A stretch of 64,000 bases of DNA from Lama guanicoe (Eukaryota): the NCBI GenBank assembly GCA_013239625.1, contig MU055922.1:11870080-11934079 (forward strand). The letters are read 5' to 3'. Below the pieces are notes generated by a model. The model was not told the DNA's origin. It did no database searches and saw only the letters and a list, made by a program, of their open reading frames with translations. Within the stretch, counting starts at the first letter, position 1; every line of letters starts with the position of its first letter. Shown piece by piece: positions 12,510-26,154 of the stretch. Both the position numbers and the translations under genes were made by a program.

Positions 12510-12750
12510 TTATTAGCTAACAAGCATTGAATATTTACAATATGCCAGCTCTAAACCCCTGCAAGTATCAATTTATTTAAAACTTGTAACAATTCCATGA
12601 GGGAGCTTTTACTGTTGCAGCTCACAACTTATAGAAACAGAGGCATAAATGGATTAAATAAACTTTTCAAGATTATACAGCTAACAAGGGGTAGATACAG
12701 GAGTCAAACCCAGACACTGAGTCTACTGCCAGTTCTCTTAGCTTCTGTGC
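12510..12750 (-). mobile_element. MIR SINE
   Basis: aacttatagaaacagaggcata...caagattatacagctaacaagg MIR core. Confidence 0.6.
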
Positions 12751-13037
12751 TTCATAGACGTCGTGGCACATGTGATTCGTATCCCTCTCTGTTATGCCCT
12801 AGTTAGGGCTGGGGCCATTCTCTGGATTACGAAGCATAACAAAGCCAATATGGTCAACTGGTTTAGATATTTGTAAGAAATTTCCCCCAATTCTCTTTCC
12901 TTTTACCTTCGTCTTTGAGTTTAAGACAAGGATAGGAATGATGTGCTCATCTTTAGACACAGAAGAAAAAAGATAGGCAATTATTCCAGTACTCTCCCAG
13001 CCTCTCTCTCTCTCTCTCTGAATTTCTTTCCATGAAA

Positions 13038-13221
13038 ACAGTCAGTCCTGTGAATCTATGGAGGTGAAACCTGCAGATACGGAGGGCTGACTTTACTACT
13101 CTGTTTCATATAAAAGACCTGAACACCCACAGATTTTGGTGTCCACAGTGGGGGAGGGGGTGGTTCCTGGAACCAACGCCCCTCCTGCCCCCACCCCGTG
13201 GATTCCAAGGGATAACTGTAC
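13038..13221. mobile_element. Tigger/MER2-like DNA transposon remnant
   Basis: Ends cagtcagtcc... and ggttcctggaacca...ggattccaagggataactgta, typical of Tigger TIRs. Confidence 0.65.
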
Positions 13222-13821
13222 AATGGATTCACCTTTTCAAATCTTGCTCTGCCATTGATCAACTGTTTCTCCTCCAACAAGTTAAACTTTCCAAGACTTA
13301 GTTTAATCATTTGTTTGTTTCTAATGCGAATTCCAGCGCTTTTACTCTATTAGCCATTTTCTACTTCCCAACTAGTAACAGTTCAGCAAATCAATAGTTC
13401 TTTACAATGTTCCCCACTAGCTTAAAACTGTATTTGATTGATGAGTTGAAAAATAGCTCACATATTTATCCATAAAGGATTTGGTCACATCTTTAATCAT
13501 TGAAAATCTAAACCTAAAGTTTGGGCTCACACTATGATCTTGGGTTCTTTTTTAGCAAATTGATTCTGAGTAATAGGATTAGTGAAGGCAGACTAAATTT
13601 CTGAAAGAATGGCTATCACAAGAGAATATTCTTGAAAAAACCAGTAATTATTTTAACCTCACTTATGGTTCATATTTATAAAATCTAGTTTCTAAAATGA
13701 AGTTAAAATCCTGTTATTCCTAGTACAAATCTGAGGACATGAGAGATCTATTTTTTTTTTTGTTATGTGAGCAGTAGATGTCATATAAGCCTTTCAGATT
13801 CATTTGGTATTTTATTTTCAG

Positions 13822-13913
13822 TTCAAATTCTTCTGCAACCTCCTTTAAGAAAATTGTCTACAGAGAGTATGAAGCATATTTTCAGAAAGAAAAACCACGA
13901 TCCAGAACTTCAG
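13822..13913 (+). CDS. F5: Factor V exon 2 (92 nt)
   Basis: [30 protein letters not shown]; AG/GT. Confidence 0.97.
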
Positions 13914-14599
13914 GTAAGCCTGAAACGTATTTTGTAATTTTAAAGAGAAAGCTCTATGGATAACTTGATATTCATAAAATGTATAAAATATTTACTTAGT
14001 GACATTTATAGAAATGTGTGTTTTTATCCAGTGTGGCTGGATGGTTTGTAGGGTCCTTATTCATAATACTGAATTTCAAAACAGTGACAGCAATGTATTA
14101 AGCCAGGCAGGGAGCTTTTCTGAGCGTGGGGCCCTGTGCAATTGCACGGGTCACATGCCCTTGAAGTTGGCTGTTTTCAACCTTGATAAAAAAGCTCAAC
14201 AAAACCTTTAAGTGTTTTAATTTTATTCAGTCATCTAACAGACTATTAATGAGCACCTACTGTGGGCCGGGCACTGAGCTAGGCGCTACGGATGTCACAG
14301 TGGACAAGACACACACATCTCTTGCCTTCCTGGAGCTTACGGTCCAGTTTAAGGAGCACAGATGAGGCTTAACAAATGGTCTTTTGCTTCCATCTGGCTC
14401 CCTAGACTCATTTAAAGGAACTGTATGTGGCTGAATCTTTTGCATCTGTCTTTCCTATCTCTTTTGTTTTATTTAGTGTGATATACACAATAGCTATCAC
14501 TTTTAAAGAGAAAAAATCTCTTCTGTTTCCCCCATCTCTTATTTAATGAAGAAAAGTAGATTGAATGGGTTTCTGGGATCTTAAGTATGGTACCGTAGT

Positions 14600-14888
14600 C
14601 CACAGGGATGATAAAGGCTGTTAAGAGAACTTTTTCCAGTTGGTTCCGCTCGTTAGTAATTCACTCATCCTTCTGCCTAATCAGCACTTTCTTGCTCCCT
14701 CCTCTTTGGAGATGGCCCGCACTCTGTCTATGGAGTGTGTACCTACTTTTACTTTAATTTGAGCACCCATTCCCGCACCTCTTTCCTTGCCTTTACACTC
14801 TATGCAGTATGTATCTCTCTAAATAAAATCTACCTTTACTCAACGGTGGCTTGCACTTGAATTCTTTCCTGCGAGAAGCCAAGGAACT
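14600..14888 (+). mobile_element. ERV1-type LTR fragment
   Basis: AATAAA at about 14822 followed by cttgaattctttcctgcgagaagccaaggaac, a typical ERV1 R/U5 motif. Confidence 0.65.
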
Positions 14889-17814
14889 GTATCTTATCCA
14901 GACTCATCCCTCTATCTCTCTTATTATTTCATCCTGTCCTGCCTCCTCCTTGGATCACCCTCTATCTTCAATCTTTCCTTTCCTTCTCTTCCATCAAAAA
15001 TCGTCAACCACAAAACAAAATACAACTCATATTCAGCTTACCCCCATCTAGAAAATAATCTCCCCTTGACTCGAATAGCCTTTCCTCTCCCTTTCTTTTA
15101 CTACCAATTTCCCGTATGATTGATCCATTTCATTCTCTATGACATCATTTCTTCTCCTTACCTTCCCTCCCCAACTGCTTTAATATGAGTCCACTAAAAT
15201 TACTCTCAAAAAAGGGCACTCATGACCTCTGAGATGCCAGAGCCAATGGTTTACTTCCAGTTCTTTACACTTGACGTTACTGGGACATGTCTTTCTCCTT
15301 GAAACTGTTTATCTGGTTTCCCTGGTGCCACTTCTCTTGGTGAATGGAAATGAGAAAGAATGGAAGATGAGGAAATGCAAGCAGGAGGAACTTACATAGA
15401 TAACTCTTTACTGAGCCTCGGCTCCAAATGGGAGGAGAGGCAGGGTAGTCCTGGAAGGGAATGAGGGATTTAAGAGTATTTTAAGAGTTTAAAAAAAAAA
15501 CAGAATGAGAGTGACTTAAAATATCTAAGTGCTCAAGGGAAGAATTCAGTATAAAAGGAGAAGATAAAGACATCTGAGGGAGAACAACTGATGGATCCAG
15601 GCTCAGAAGGCACAGGAAGTGATGGGATTCAAAGCTGGGCTGGATCCGCCTGAGGTGGAAGAGATACGGCCTTCATCAGGGTCTGTGTGAGGGGCTGGGC
15701 AAGGGGCCAGTGAGTGACCTTTTACTAGCAAGATGACTAATAAATCTAAGTTTGTAGTTTCAGGCAGGAAATTAAAGGATCTCCTGTCCTCCGTCACAAA
15801 GTCTATTCATTTTCATAGCTCCAGCTTCAAGCTTAGTGTGTACAATAGATACTTAAGAACTGCTTAATTAAATGAAGTTGTAGGCGGGTAAAGGGAAAAT
15901 GAGCTGGGAAACACATTCATTAGGCCTGGGAAAAGAGGAACTGGGCAGATATTTAGAGCTCTACCTTTTGTGACTTTTGCCAAGTTAACTGAATTTGAAT
16001 GTCTATGCTCTGCCCGCCGTTGTGCTGAGCGCAATAAGCCACTGAAGGACCAGTGCCAGACTGCAGACTGTTAAGCAATACAGAGGCACTGATAATTTTG
16101 GAAGAGGAGAGGACTGTGATCAAAATCTTTTGAGATGATTCATTTTTGCAGTGGTGTCTGATTCAACCTCATCCGTTAGAAGTAGACCTTGATAGCTGAT
16201 TTATGTTTTAAGCACGAGGCACTTAAAATATTACCTTTCTGTCCACCCCTGTGAATCTCATATTTGTTTTATGTGAACTCTGAGCCATTTTAACATCCAT
16301 TTTTTATGCAGCCTCTTCCTGAACTCACAAAGTTGCTAAATTATGAACCCCTGGAGTAGAGGGGTGGTATCTTACTCATCTTTGTATCCCTATAGTAGGG
16401 GATATAAGGAGGCAAATCTGGTGTAAAGGAAAAGCCTAAGATTTTTAATATGATGTGGTGTGAACACTGCCATTGACTAAGTGGCCTTCCGCATTCGGTT
16501 GCCTAATCCCTTGTTTCCTGCTCCACCCATCTGGTGGGTATGATTTTAGCCATGTGCCCATTTCTGCAGCAAGAGCCCAGAGCTATTGTAGTAGCAGGTG
16601 GGGCTAGGCTGCAAGACTAGAGATCTGAAGACACCTGCCCAGTGAGGTTTATGGACACGTGGACAGGTGGAGGGGCCAGGCTCTTTTTCAGGAATACTGT
16701 CGGGCTTTAAAATGGCTAGTTTTGAGTCTCTGTGTATTTTCAAGGAAGATTATGAAATGTTTGCCCCAAAAGGGGTTTTATCACAGCAGCCGCATGAGCT
16801 GCACTGTGTTCTGTAACTCATTATTCACCTGAGAGAAGGGAATTGGATTAGCTGACCTCCTGTAGCCCTTTCCAACTCCAAAATTGCGTTAAATTGGGAA
16901 CAGGCTGTGCTGCCCTCCTAGGATCTAAAGATAGGCCACTTCTTTCCCCAGTTGGCTTTGGGCACTGAGGAGAGGGTGGGAGAGGTCTTAGACCATCTGG
17001 CTGATGGGAACTAAACGGCAGCTCAGACAACATTCAGCCATGTGTTTGCCTACATGCATGAAGGAATGTGATCTGCATTCAGAAAAACTGCTTGAAATCT
17101 GAAGAAGCAGAAAGGGAGGCTAAATAAATATTCCAAACTATACTTGCTGTAAAAGGTTAAATAACTTAGGAGACTTACTCTGGGCATCTGGCATTTGCAG
17201 CCATGTGATGCCAACAAACAAATCAACCAAGCAAAGCAACCATGGCAACAAAATGCAGTGCACAATGTGACAGAAGAGTCGGCTTCCCACTGGGCTCCTG
17301 GGCATTCCAGGCAGGTGGGAGTGGCCACTGAGGGCTTCCGTTGAGAGTTAGGACTGAGGGTAGCAGCCAGAAGAGAGGGGTCAGTGGGCTGGTGGAGTCA
17401 GATGTGACCAGGAGTGGAAAATGGTGTAGATGTTGTGACTATTCCAGGAAAGAGGAGGGTCTGACCTGCCCTGCAGAAGGTGATAAAGAAAGTTTTGGTT
17501 CAGGAGTTCAGAGACCTAGTTTCAGAAAAGCCACCCAATCACTGACAGACCTTAGGCAAGCCACTGTCCCCAACTCCTCTTCCCAAGCTTTGGAACCATC
17601 TCTAAAGTGAGGATTAAATTATGTGGCCTCCATGGTCCTGTGCAGAACTAACATGAAAACAAACAAAAAGCTTCAGGCATGAGATCAGTATAAACTCTAG
17701 GACTGGGAGTTCAGTGAAAGAAATAAGACAACAGTGGGTGGAAAGACAGGAGTCAATGAAGACAGGACCTCTATCTCAGAGACCGTATTTTCTCATTGCT
17801 AGCAGGAAATTATT

Positions 17815-18283
17815 TTCCTATTGTCGCTGTAACAAATCACCACAAACTCAGTGGCTTAAAACAACACAAATTTATTATCTTGCAGTTCTTGAGGCAAGAA
17901 GTCCAAAATGAGTTTCCCTGGGTTAAAATCAAGGTGTTTATAGAGCTCTGTTCCTTCTGGAGGCTCTAGGGGAGAATTGCTTCCTTGCCTTTTCCAGTTA
18001 CCAGAAGCCACCCGTGCTCATGAGCTCATGGCCCCTTCCTCCATCTTCAAAGCCATCAGGGTAGCATCTTCCTAATGCTAATTTAGTTCCTCCTGCTTCT
18101 CTTTTGTGAGGACCTTTATGATGACATCAGGCCCCCTGGACAATCCAGGAAACTCTCCCCATCTCAACATGCTTAACTTAATCACATCCCCAGAGTCCAT
18201 TTTGCCATATAAGGTAGCATATTCATAGGTCTCAGATATTAGGACATGGACCTCTCTTGGAGGCCATTATCCCGTCTGCCACA
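17815..18283 (-). mobile_element. MLT1 (MaLR) LTR
   Basis: gctgtaacaaatcaccacaaactcagtggcttaaaacaacacaaatttattatc...gccattatcccgtctgccaca. Confidence 0.85.
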
Positions 18284-18289
18284 CCCACA

Positions 18290-19210
18290 AACAAAACCCT
18301 CCCACAATGTCCTCCATTTCAGAGAATGGCACCCTCATCCTCCCAGCCCTCTAAGCCAGAACCTCACCAGCCATCCATGGCAATGTGATCTCCCTTGCCC
18401 TCCACCCCATATCCAATCCATCAAGTCCTGACAGTTTGGTCTCCTAAACAGCTCCCTAACATGTTCTCTCCTCAGTATCCCAAGTGTCCTAACCTTAAAT
18501 TAAGTACTCACCAACATGTCTCTCCTGGAGCCTTCCATCTCTTCTCTCAATGTTCACTCTGGCTTCTCCCCAGATCATACTCCACAAATGCAGCCAGAAA
18601 TTTAAAAACCAATATATGGTTCATGTCGCACCTCTGCTTCCAGATACTCCTAGGTTAAAGGCCTTGTGTGACTGTATCTCTGACCGTGCCATTGGCTTCG
18701 CTTTCTGCCTGTCTCTCTTACCTACTAAGCTCTACCTTCCCTATGGTTATCTGTCAGTTCTCTGAATAGGCCAAGTTTTCTGGCACCTCAGGGCCTTTGC
18801 ACATGCTAATCCCACTCCCTGGAATGCCCTTGTCCATCCCTCGGCCTCTTTGCCTTTGGACTTCAGTTAATGCATTGCTTCCTCAGGGAAGTATTTCCCA
18901 ACCCTAGTCCCCTCTCTTCCTCTAAGATTATACTAGATGCCTCTGTCAAATTTCTTCAGAGAATTCTGTACTTTTCTTTCATAATACAAACCACAGTTTG
19001 CAATTAAATATTTGTGTGATCATTTGTTAAAAGCTGTCTTTCCTTCTGTTTTATAAGCTCTAGAAAGCTGTATCTATTTTACTCACAGTTGCAATTCTGA
19101 CATCTAGGATAAAGTAAGCACTGAATTAGTATTTGTTACTACACTTAATCTTAGCCAAAAGGCCGAGAAGTGATCAGTTAGTATTTGTTGAATAAATGAA
19201 TAAATACAAG
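18290..19210 (+). mobile_element. L2 remnant (interrupted by the U2 fragment)
   Basis: cctcagggcctttgcacatgct...; 3' tail gtatttgttgaataaatgaataaat. Confidence 0.7.
19137..19174 (-). pseudogene. 3'-truncated U2 snRNA retropseudogene (U2 nt 1-38)
   Basis: Reverse complement ATCACTTCTCGGCCTTTTGGCTAAGATTAAGTGTAGTA vs U2 ATCGCTTCTCGGCCTTTTGGCTAAGATCAAGTGTAGTA (2 mismatches); TSD ttagtatttgtt at 19126-19137 and 19178-19189. Confidence 0.93.
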
Positions 19211-19224
19211 GTGGGGGATGCAAT

Positions 19225-19460
19225 ACAAAGGGGTGGTTAAAAGCTCAATATCTAGAATCAGACAGATTTAATTTTAAATCATGGCTTTGCTTCTAATTAG
19301 CTGTGTAATATTGGACAAGATATTTAAAACTCTGAGGCTCAGCTTCCTCATTAAATAAGGATCTTAATATCTACCTTAAAGATTTACTGGGGGGTTTAAT
19401 GTAAGGATGTAGAGTGCTTGAATATATCAAGGGGGACAATAAGTGGAAGCCTTGTTATAA
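19225..19460 (+). mobile_element. MIR SINE
   Basis: gtggttaaaagc...ctgtgtaatattggacaag...ctctgaggctcagcttcctcat. Confidence 0.7.
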
Positions 19461-19627
19461 TTACCACCAATGCAAACAAATGCCCATTGAACTCCATGCC
19501 TACTGTAATTTCCTTCTCCTGCTCCTGTGATTCTTAATGGGCAGAAGCCAACTCCAGAAGAGGTTATGGATGGCTTGGAAGTGAGAACAGTCAATTCCGG
19601 TCACTTGTCTGAAATAGGGCTTTGAGT

Positions 19628-19812
19628 GACAGGTTCTCAAGCTTTAGAGGACATAAGAATCACTCATGTTTAAAATGCACATTCCCAAACCCCACCTCCA
19701 GGGACTCAGAGGATTCATTGGGGCTGAGATAGTCCTTGGGAATCTGCCTTTTAAACTGTCCCTGGTGATTCTGATGCAGAGAATCCAAGAATTATACTTT
19801 GCGAAATTCTAG
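19628..19812. mobile_element. MER5-type hAT transposon
   Basis: ggttctcaagcttt...gaatcac...aatctgccttttaaac...ggtgattctgatgca. Confidence 0.7.
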
Positions 19813-20059
19813 TATATGATTGGTCAATAATCTGACTCAGATATCACCTCTTCCCCTAACTCCTCAGAGAGAATTGGTCCTTCATCCTCTCTACTCCTGT
19901 AGCATTTTGCCCATATCTTAGCAGTAGCTTCTACCATATGTCTTATTTCCAAACAAGCTTGTGTGCTCCTTAAGGACAGGGACTGTGTCTTATTTATCCA
20001 TGTAGCCCCTGAACCTAGCGCAGCGCCTGGCTTATAGTAAATGATACCTCACTGTTGAT

Positions 20060-20650
20060 TTCTGCACCCCAACCTGCTATCCCTACTGTGTTTCCCATAT
20101 AAGTAACTGAAAACATTATTTACTCAGTTGCTCAGATCAAAAACCTTGGGGGTCATCCTTGATTTCTCTCTCTCTCCCTCAAGTGCTGCATCCAACCCTT
20201 CAGCAAATTTTGCTGGCCCTACTTTCAAAATGCCCAGAATCCAGCCTCTTCTCACCATTTCACTGCTACACATGCTGGCCTAATACACTGGTGTCTCTTG
20301 TCTACACCACCTGATCTGCTCCACTCTTGTCACTACACAGACTGTTTTCTACACAACAGCTAAGATGAACTTTTTGTCTCTTTTCTTTTAGGATGAACTT
20401 TTAAAACATATCAGACCACATCTCTCTGCTGCACAAAGCTCCAGGGATTTCCCATTCCACTTAGAAGAAAATCCAAAGTCCTTATCATGGCCCATAGCAC
20501 CTTACCTGATGTGCACCCTCACCCAACCCCAACTCTTCTCACTCTGGCCACACTGTTTGTCTGACTGTTCTTTGGATACATCAAGCTCACTTCTGCCTCA
20601 GGGACTTTGAACTTCCCACAGGGCCAGAGAACTGTCTGATTTGCTCCCTC
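20060..20650 (+). mobile_element. L2 remnant
   Basis: cagttgctcagatcaaaaaccttgggggtcatccttga...aaaatccaaagtcctt...cctcagggactttg. Confidence 0.7.
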
Positions 20651-20885
20651 GCTTAGATCTCTCAGGTCTCCCATTTCAGAGAGATCTGAAGTAGTCAGTC
20701 AACCTCCCTCACATCACCCTGTATAAATGAAAATGAACATCCCTCTTTTCTTGACCAAAGATAGTAGTCACCCCAGAAATGACAGTGGGTCAGAATGGGG
20801 TGGACATGGTCAGAACTATTTCTTCTAGTCTCTCTCTCTCTCTTTTTTGAAGTCTTTTTTTTTAATCAATGGACTTGAGAATCCA

Positions 20886-21045
20886 TTTTTTGTTTGTTTG
20901 TTTGTTTGTTTGTTTGTTTGTTTTAAGGGTAGGTAAGTAGGTTTATTTATTTATTTAATTCTAATGGAGGGACTAGGGATTGAACCCAGGACTTCATGCA
21001 TGCTAAGCATGCACCTTACCACTTGATCTGTACCCTCCCCACCTC
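20886..21045 (-). mobile_element. Vic-1-like SINE with (TTTG)n tail
   Basis: gggattgaacccaggacttcatgcatgctaagcatg; same family as 945-1092. Confidence 0.85.
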
Positions 21046-21272
21046 CTACTCTCTTAACTGGTTTTGGGCCCAAGCCATGTATTTCTACCTTCCTGTCCTT
21101 ATCTGACTGCATGTAATACAGAGTTAATGAGCTAGCATAGACTTCTAGGTTGAAGATAACTAGGTCAACTTCAGGACTGGGAGGAATAACAGCAATCACT
21201 CATGGGGTTTTCTGCATGTTTTTCTTGCTTAGCAGCTCTGTCTTGATAATCCTGAACACAGACATATTTTAA

Positions 21273-21970
<698 letters not shown>

Positions 21971-22254
21971 TTAATATCCTTCTGATGAGGGAAAATGTAC
22001 AACTCTTTACCACCAGTGCCAAACATTCAAAACCATGTTAGAGAAATCTCCTTTCCTGCAACTGGTAATTATAAAAATGATTGCTTTTATAGATTTCAGA
22101 GAGGAAAATGAGTAAGTTATTGAGTCATCTAGACCTCAGTTTTTTGCTAGCTTCTTATTTTTTAAAAGTTGCATGGGCAAGTTACCTAATTCTGAATTCT
22201 AATAAGTTCACCTGCAAAATGAGAATGGTGATGCCTATATTGTTAGATCTATTA

Positions 22255-22478
22255 AGGTGGGGGTCCTCAAAATTTTCTGTGAAGAGCCAGGCTGCAAATA
22301 TTTTGGGCTTTGTGAGCCATGGAATCTCTGTTGCAACTACTCAACTCTACCTTTTAGTACAGAAACAGTGATAGATGGTATATAAATAGATGAGCATGGC
22401 TGTGTCCCAATAAAACTTTATTTTAAAAAGCAGGCTGCTGGCTAGATTAGGCCCACGAGCCATAGTTTGATATACTGA
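22255..22478. mobile_element. MER58-type hAT transposon
   Basis: ttttctgtgaagagccag...tctctgttgcaactactcaactct...ggctgtgtcccaataaaactttattt...ggcccacgagccatagtttg. Confidence 0.8.
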
Positions 22479-22589
22479 CATAAGATTAGCCAGACATAGG
22501 GCTAGCCTGGCACAAAGATGACACTTAATAAGTGATATTTTGTGGTGGTGGTAGTGATAGTAGTAGTGAAAGGAATATTAAAGGTTTGG

Positions 22590-24640
22590 ACATAGTGAAT
22601 GACTAAGAACATAAGCTTTGAAAGAAGATTTAGGTTCAAATTCCAGCTTTACAATTTCTGATTCTGTGATCTTAGCATTTCTGAGCCTCATTTTTCTCAT
22701 CTATAAAATGGGAATGGTTATACCCACACCATCAGATTTCTTTGAGGACCAAATGTGATGACTTAGGTAATGTACTAAATGTGGTTCCTGGAACCTGATA
22801 AGCCCTGAATAAATGATGACAATGATAATGATGATAATGATGACAATGATGGTGAAGATCACCATGATGGTGATAAAAGTGACCACATCAGTTACAGGAC
22901 AGTAAGTGCCTGTTGTTGATATTGTTCTGATTATTTCCATTATGTTGATGTTTCAGACCACAATATGCAGATGGAGTTCTGTTAGGAATTGATGTAAGAA
23001 AATTATATCCATATTGTAATAGATATTGGTATAATAACATTTAAAGGTATAATAAACTTCAGACCTTCGATGATTCACAAATCATTTTTTCCCACGTGTT
23101 TCAGCCATTATACCTTTGAAGAGAAGAATTAAGTAGGAGAGTGGTTTACAATGTAGGTTCTGGAACTAGATGCCTGGTACAAATCCTGACTCAGACACTT
23201 ATTAGCTATGTGACTTTTAGAAAGTTACTTAACATCTCTGTGCTTCATCATTCTCATCTGTAAAAGGGGGATGATAATCATACCTACTTCATATAGGTTT
23301 GTTGTCATGAAATCTTAGAACAATGCCTAGCATACAATAGGCATTTGATAAATATTAGCTATGACAGTAAAGGTAATTCTTCAATCAAAATGTTTCCAAA
23401 CTATGTTATATGTCAATTACATCTCAATTAAAAAATTAAAAATATGTCCAAATAATTTAATATTTATCTGAAAATATATGGATTAGAAAGTGGCCTTTAC
23501 ATGTATTATTTCCTATGTAAATTGTTATCAAACCCATTCTGACAAGGTATAGGTGACTGACAATACGTCAATGAACTAACCTCCCCAGGACTATTAGCAT
23601 TATCATTTAATCTTCGGCTTGAGGGAAAACAATAAAGCAGTAACTGTGAAATTCCAGGCATCTTAAAGATCCAATTTGGCAAGACTCTGGGTGAGGCAGC
23701 ATGCAGTGACACAGTGAACAACCGTTTAACCTACTTATGAGGATTCCAGATGGCTGCATCGGGAATTCAGCAATGTCATGCATGAGGGGGTAATCTTCAA
23801 AATGTCCCATGCAGGTTCTATTTCAAATGTGGGAGGAGGTAGGTGCCGAGGACTTTGTACCCCAGCGAAGCTGTTTGCACAACTAATGAACCTTGCAACA
23901 TTATCCCCCTTCCTTCTCTGTTTATTTGTCCCTACACTGCCTTACAGCCAGAATAATTTGTGAGCAGTTGTTGAAAATGGTCCCACCACTTCCACTGGCC
24001 ACCTGGTTATTGCCCCTGGTTGCATGAGTCTGAGAAAGGTAAATACAGATTGATGAGGAAAGTCAAATGTTATCTTGGAAATGAGATGCAAATCTAGTAT
24101 ATAGATTAAAACTGTCTTTTGTGGTAAAAAAAATAACAATAATAACAATTAAAAATAAAACAAACCTTCCATTCATTTTATTGTGCCTCCTGTTAAAATA
24201 AAACATTCCTATCTTCATGTCTGACATTCACCCTCGCTCACAGCCTCCTATGATTTGAACGATTTTTTCAGGAGTGGAGATAAACTAACTACATGCTGAG
24301 TCAGCTACACGAGAATCCAGATTCCTTTATCTCAGAGGTAGATATTTGAAAGCTAGTCAGCTAACTTTCTTATCCGGGAATTAATCCTTGAGCCCCACCA
24401 CAAATTTAGAATAGAAGAAAAAAGCAGCCATGGAAAGAATGCTGGCTTTGGAGCCAGAATGACCTGGATCTGAACCCTACATTAACCAGGGCAATTTCCT
24501 TTACCTCTAACCCTCAGTTTTATATCTATAAAATGGGGATAGCAATTCCACTCATCTAAAGTTATTGCAAAGATTAGTCATAATATATGTAAAGTTTCTG
24601 GCATGTAGTTGCACACAGTAATGATGGCTGTTGTTGCTAT
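22590..24640 (+). mobile_element. Region containing at least three MIR copies (about 22590-22820, 23140-23360, 24420-24640)
   Basis: Repeated ctgagcctcatttttctcatctataaaatggga-type cores; (GAT)n-like tail at 22815-22875. Confidence 0.65.
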
Positions 24641-26154
24641 AGTTATTTCATGGCTATTTATAGTGCAGGCACTAAATTTTGTTTCCAGAAGCTTAGATTG
24701 AATGAAGGCCTTGGCCTTAGATAGTGCTCATCATTTTATTTCTACTCTAATGAAATAAAACTCTACTAGAACTGAGATGACAAAATAAACTAAAATTGCA
24801 TAGAAAACTTCAGTTATCCAGAGCATATAGGAGTCATTTTGAAAAATTATGTATTCTGGATAGTTTGAGGTTTTACTTTCTCAAGTGTAAGATATTTTCA
24901 TTAAATCACTTTGGCTATAAATCTTTCTAAATCTTATACTTAACCAGATTTTTTTAAAACAGAACATGAGTAAAATGCTAATCCCTTTCTAAACCATTAC
25001 TTCAAATCTACTATGAGATTTTTAAAATATTCACAAACATTAGAATTATGTGCAATCTAAGAGTAAACAGACTCTAAATGAAGGCTCACATTATTAGTTA
25101 TGGTACTGCCTACAGGTAAAGACCCTGAGCTTTCATTCATGGATTTTATAACTTTTATTTTGGTTTTCCGGGAACCTTGTTGCTTTTTTAATTCTTGGTT
25201 ATGCATTAGTTAGGAGATGATTGGAAATCTGAGTTTTGGCCAGAAAGATGTTACTGTTTTTAGTGTGGAAGTCTCATACTGGCTTTTTACCCATAAATTG
25301 GCAGTTGCACTATGAGTAATACACACAAAATTAGTTCTATAACATTCAGCTGTCTGCTGATAAGCCAACTCTCTGAATGAATGAATGCATGAGTGAATGA
25401 ATGAATTTTCCACCAGAGATTGTTCTTTGCATCTAAGTATCACCAAATTCTCTTTATGAAAACTCAGTCTTCAAGGTTTTCCCAAACATCCCAATGCTTG
25501 ACACAATGCAGTCAATTACATTTTTCACTTTGCATCTGAATATTCTCACCTTATTTAGACACTCGTTTGAGTATACAATAAATACCTGAAACAAATTATA
25601 AGGGCTAATACAATAATTCTCAGAAATCTAAAAACTGTGAACTCTCCTTTGAAAGAGACTTGCATGCCCTGTGCAATGAAACCAGGCTCTTTACAAAGCA
25701 TCAGCACTCTAATTTGCCCATTGCCTAAATTATAGCTTTTAAAAGAATGTTCTGAATCTGTGAATGCACACTGAAGCATTCACTAAGTTTTTTAAATGGA
25801 GAGGGAAAAAAAAGCTGTCCAAAAAAAGTAAGTAACAAGGGAGAAGTTCACAAACAAGCATCCAAATGGGTGACCAAAATGGCTGTTAATGGAACTTCAC
25901 TTTTCCAAAGCTTGAACGTTCCATTTTACATTTGGAAAAAAAAATCCTGAGAGCCTTTTGGCACATAATTAGTTCACGATGACAAGAGTAAACAAATTAC
26001 AAAGCTATGGACTGAGCAGGAAGTGAACAGAATTGAGAAAATATAAATTGAAGTGCTGCCCTTGTGTAAAGAATTTATTCTAGCAAGAGGCTGAACAAGA
26101 ATTTTTTGTGCTCTAGCATAATAGTCTTTCCTGTCCATGAGGTTCTCAGTTGAG

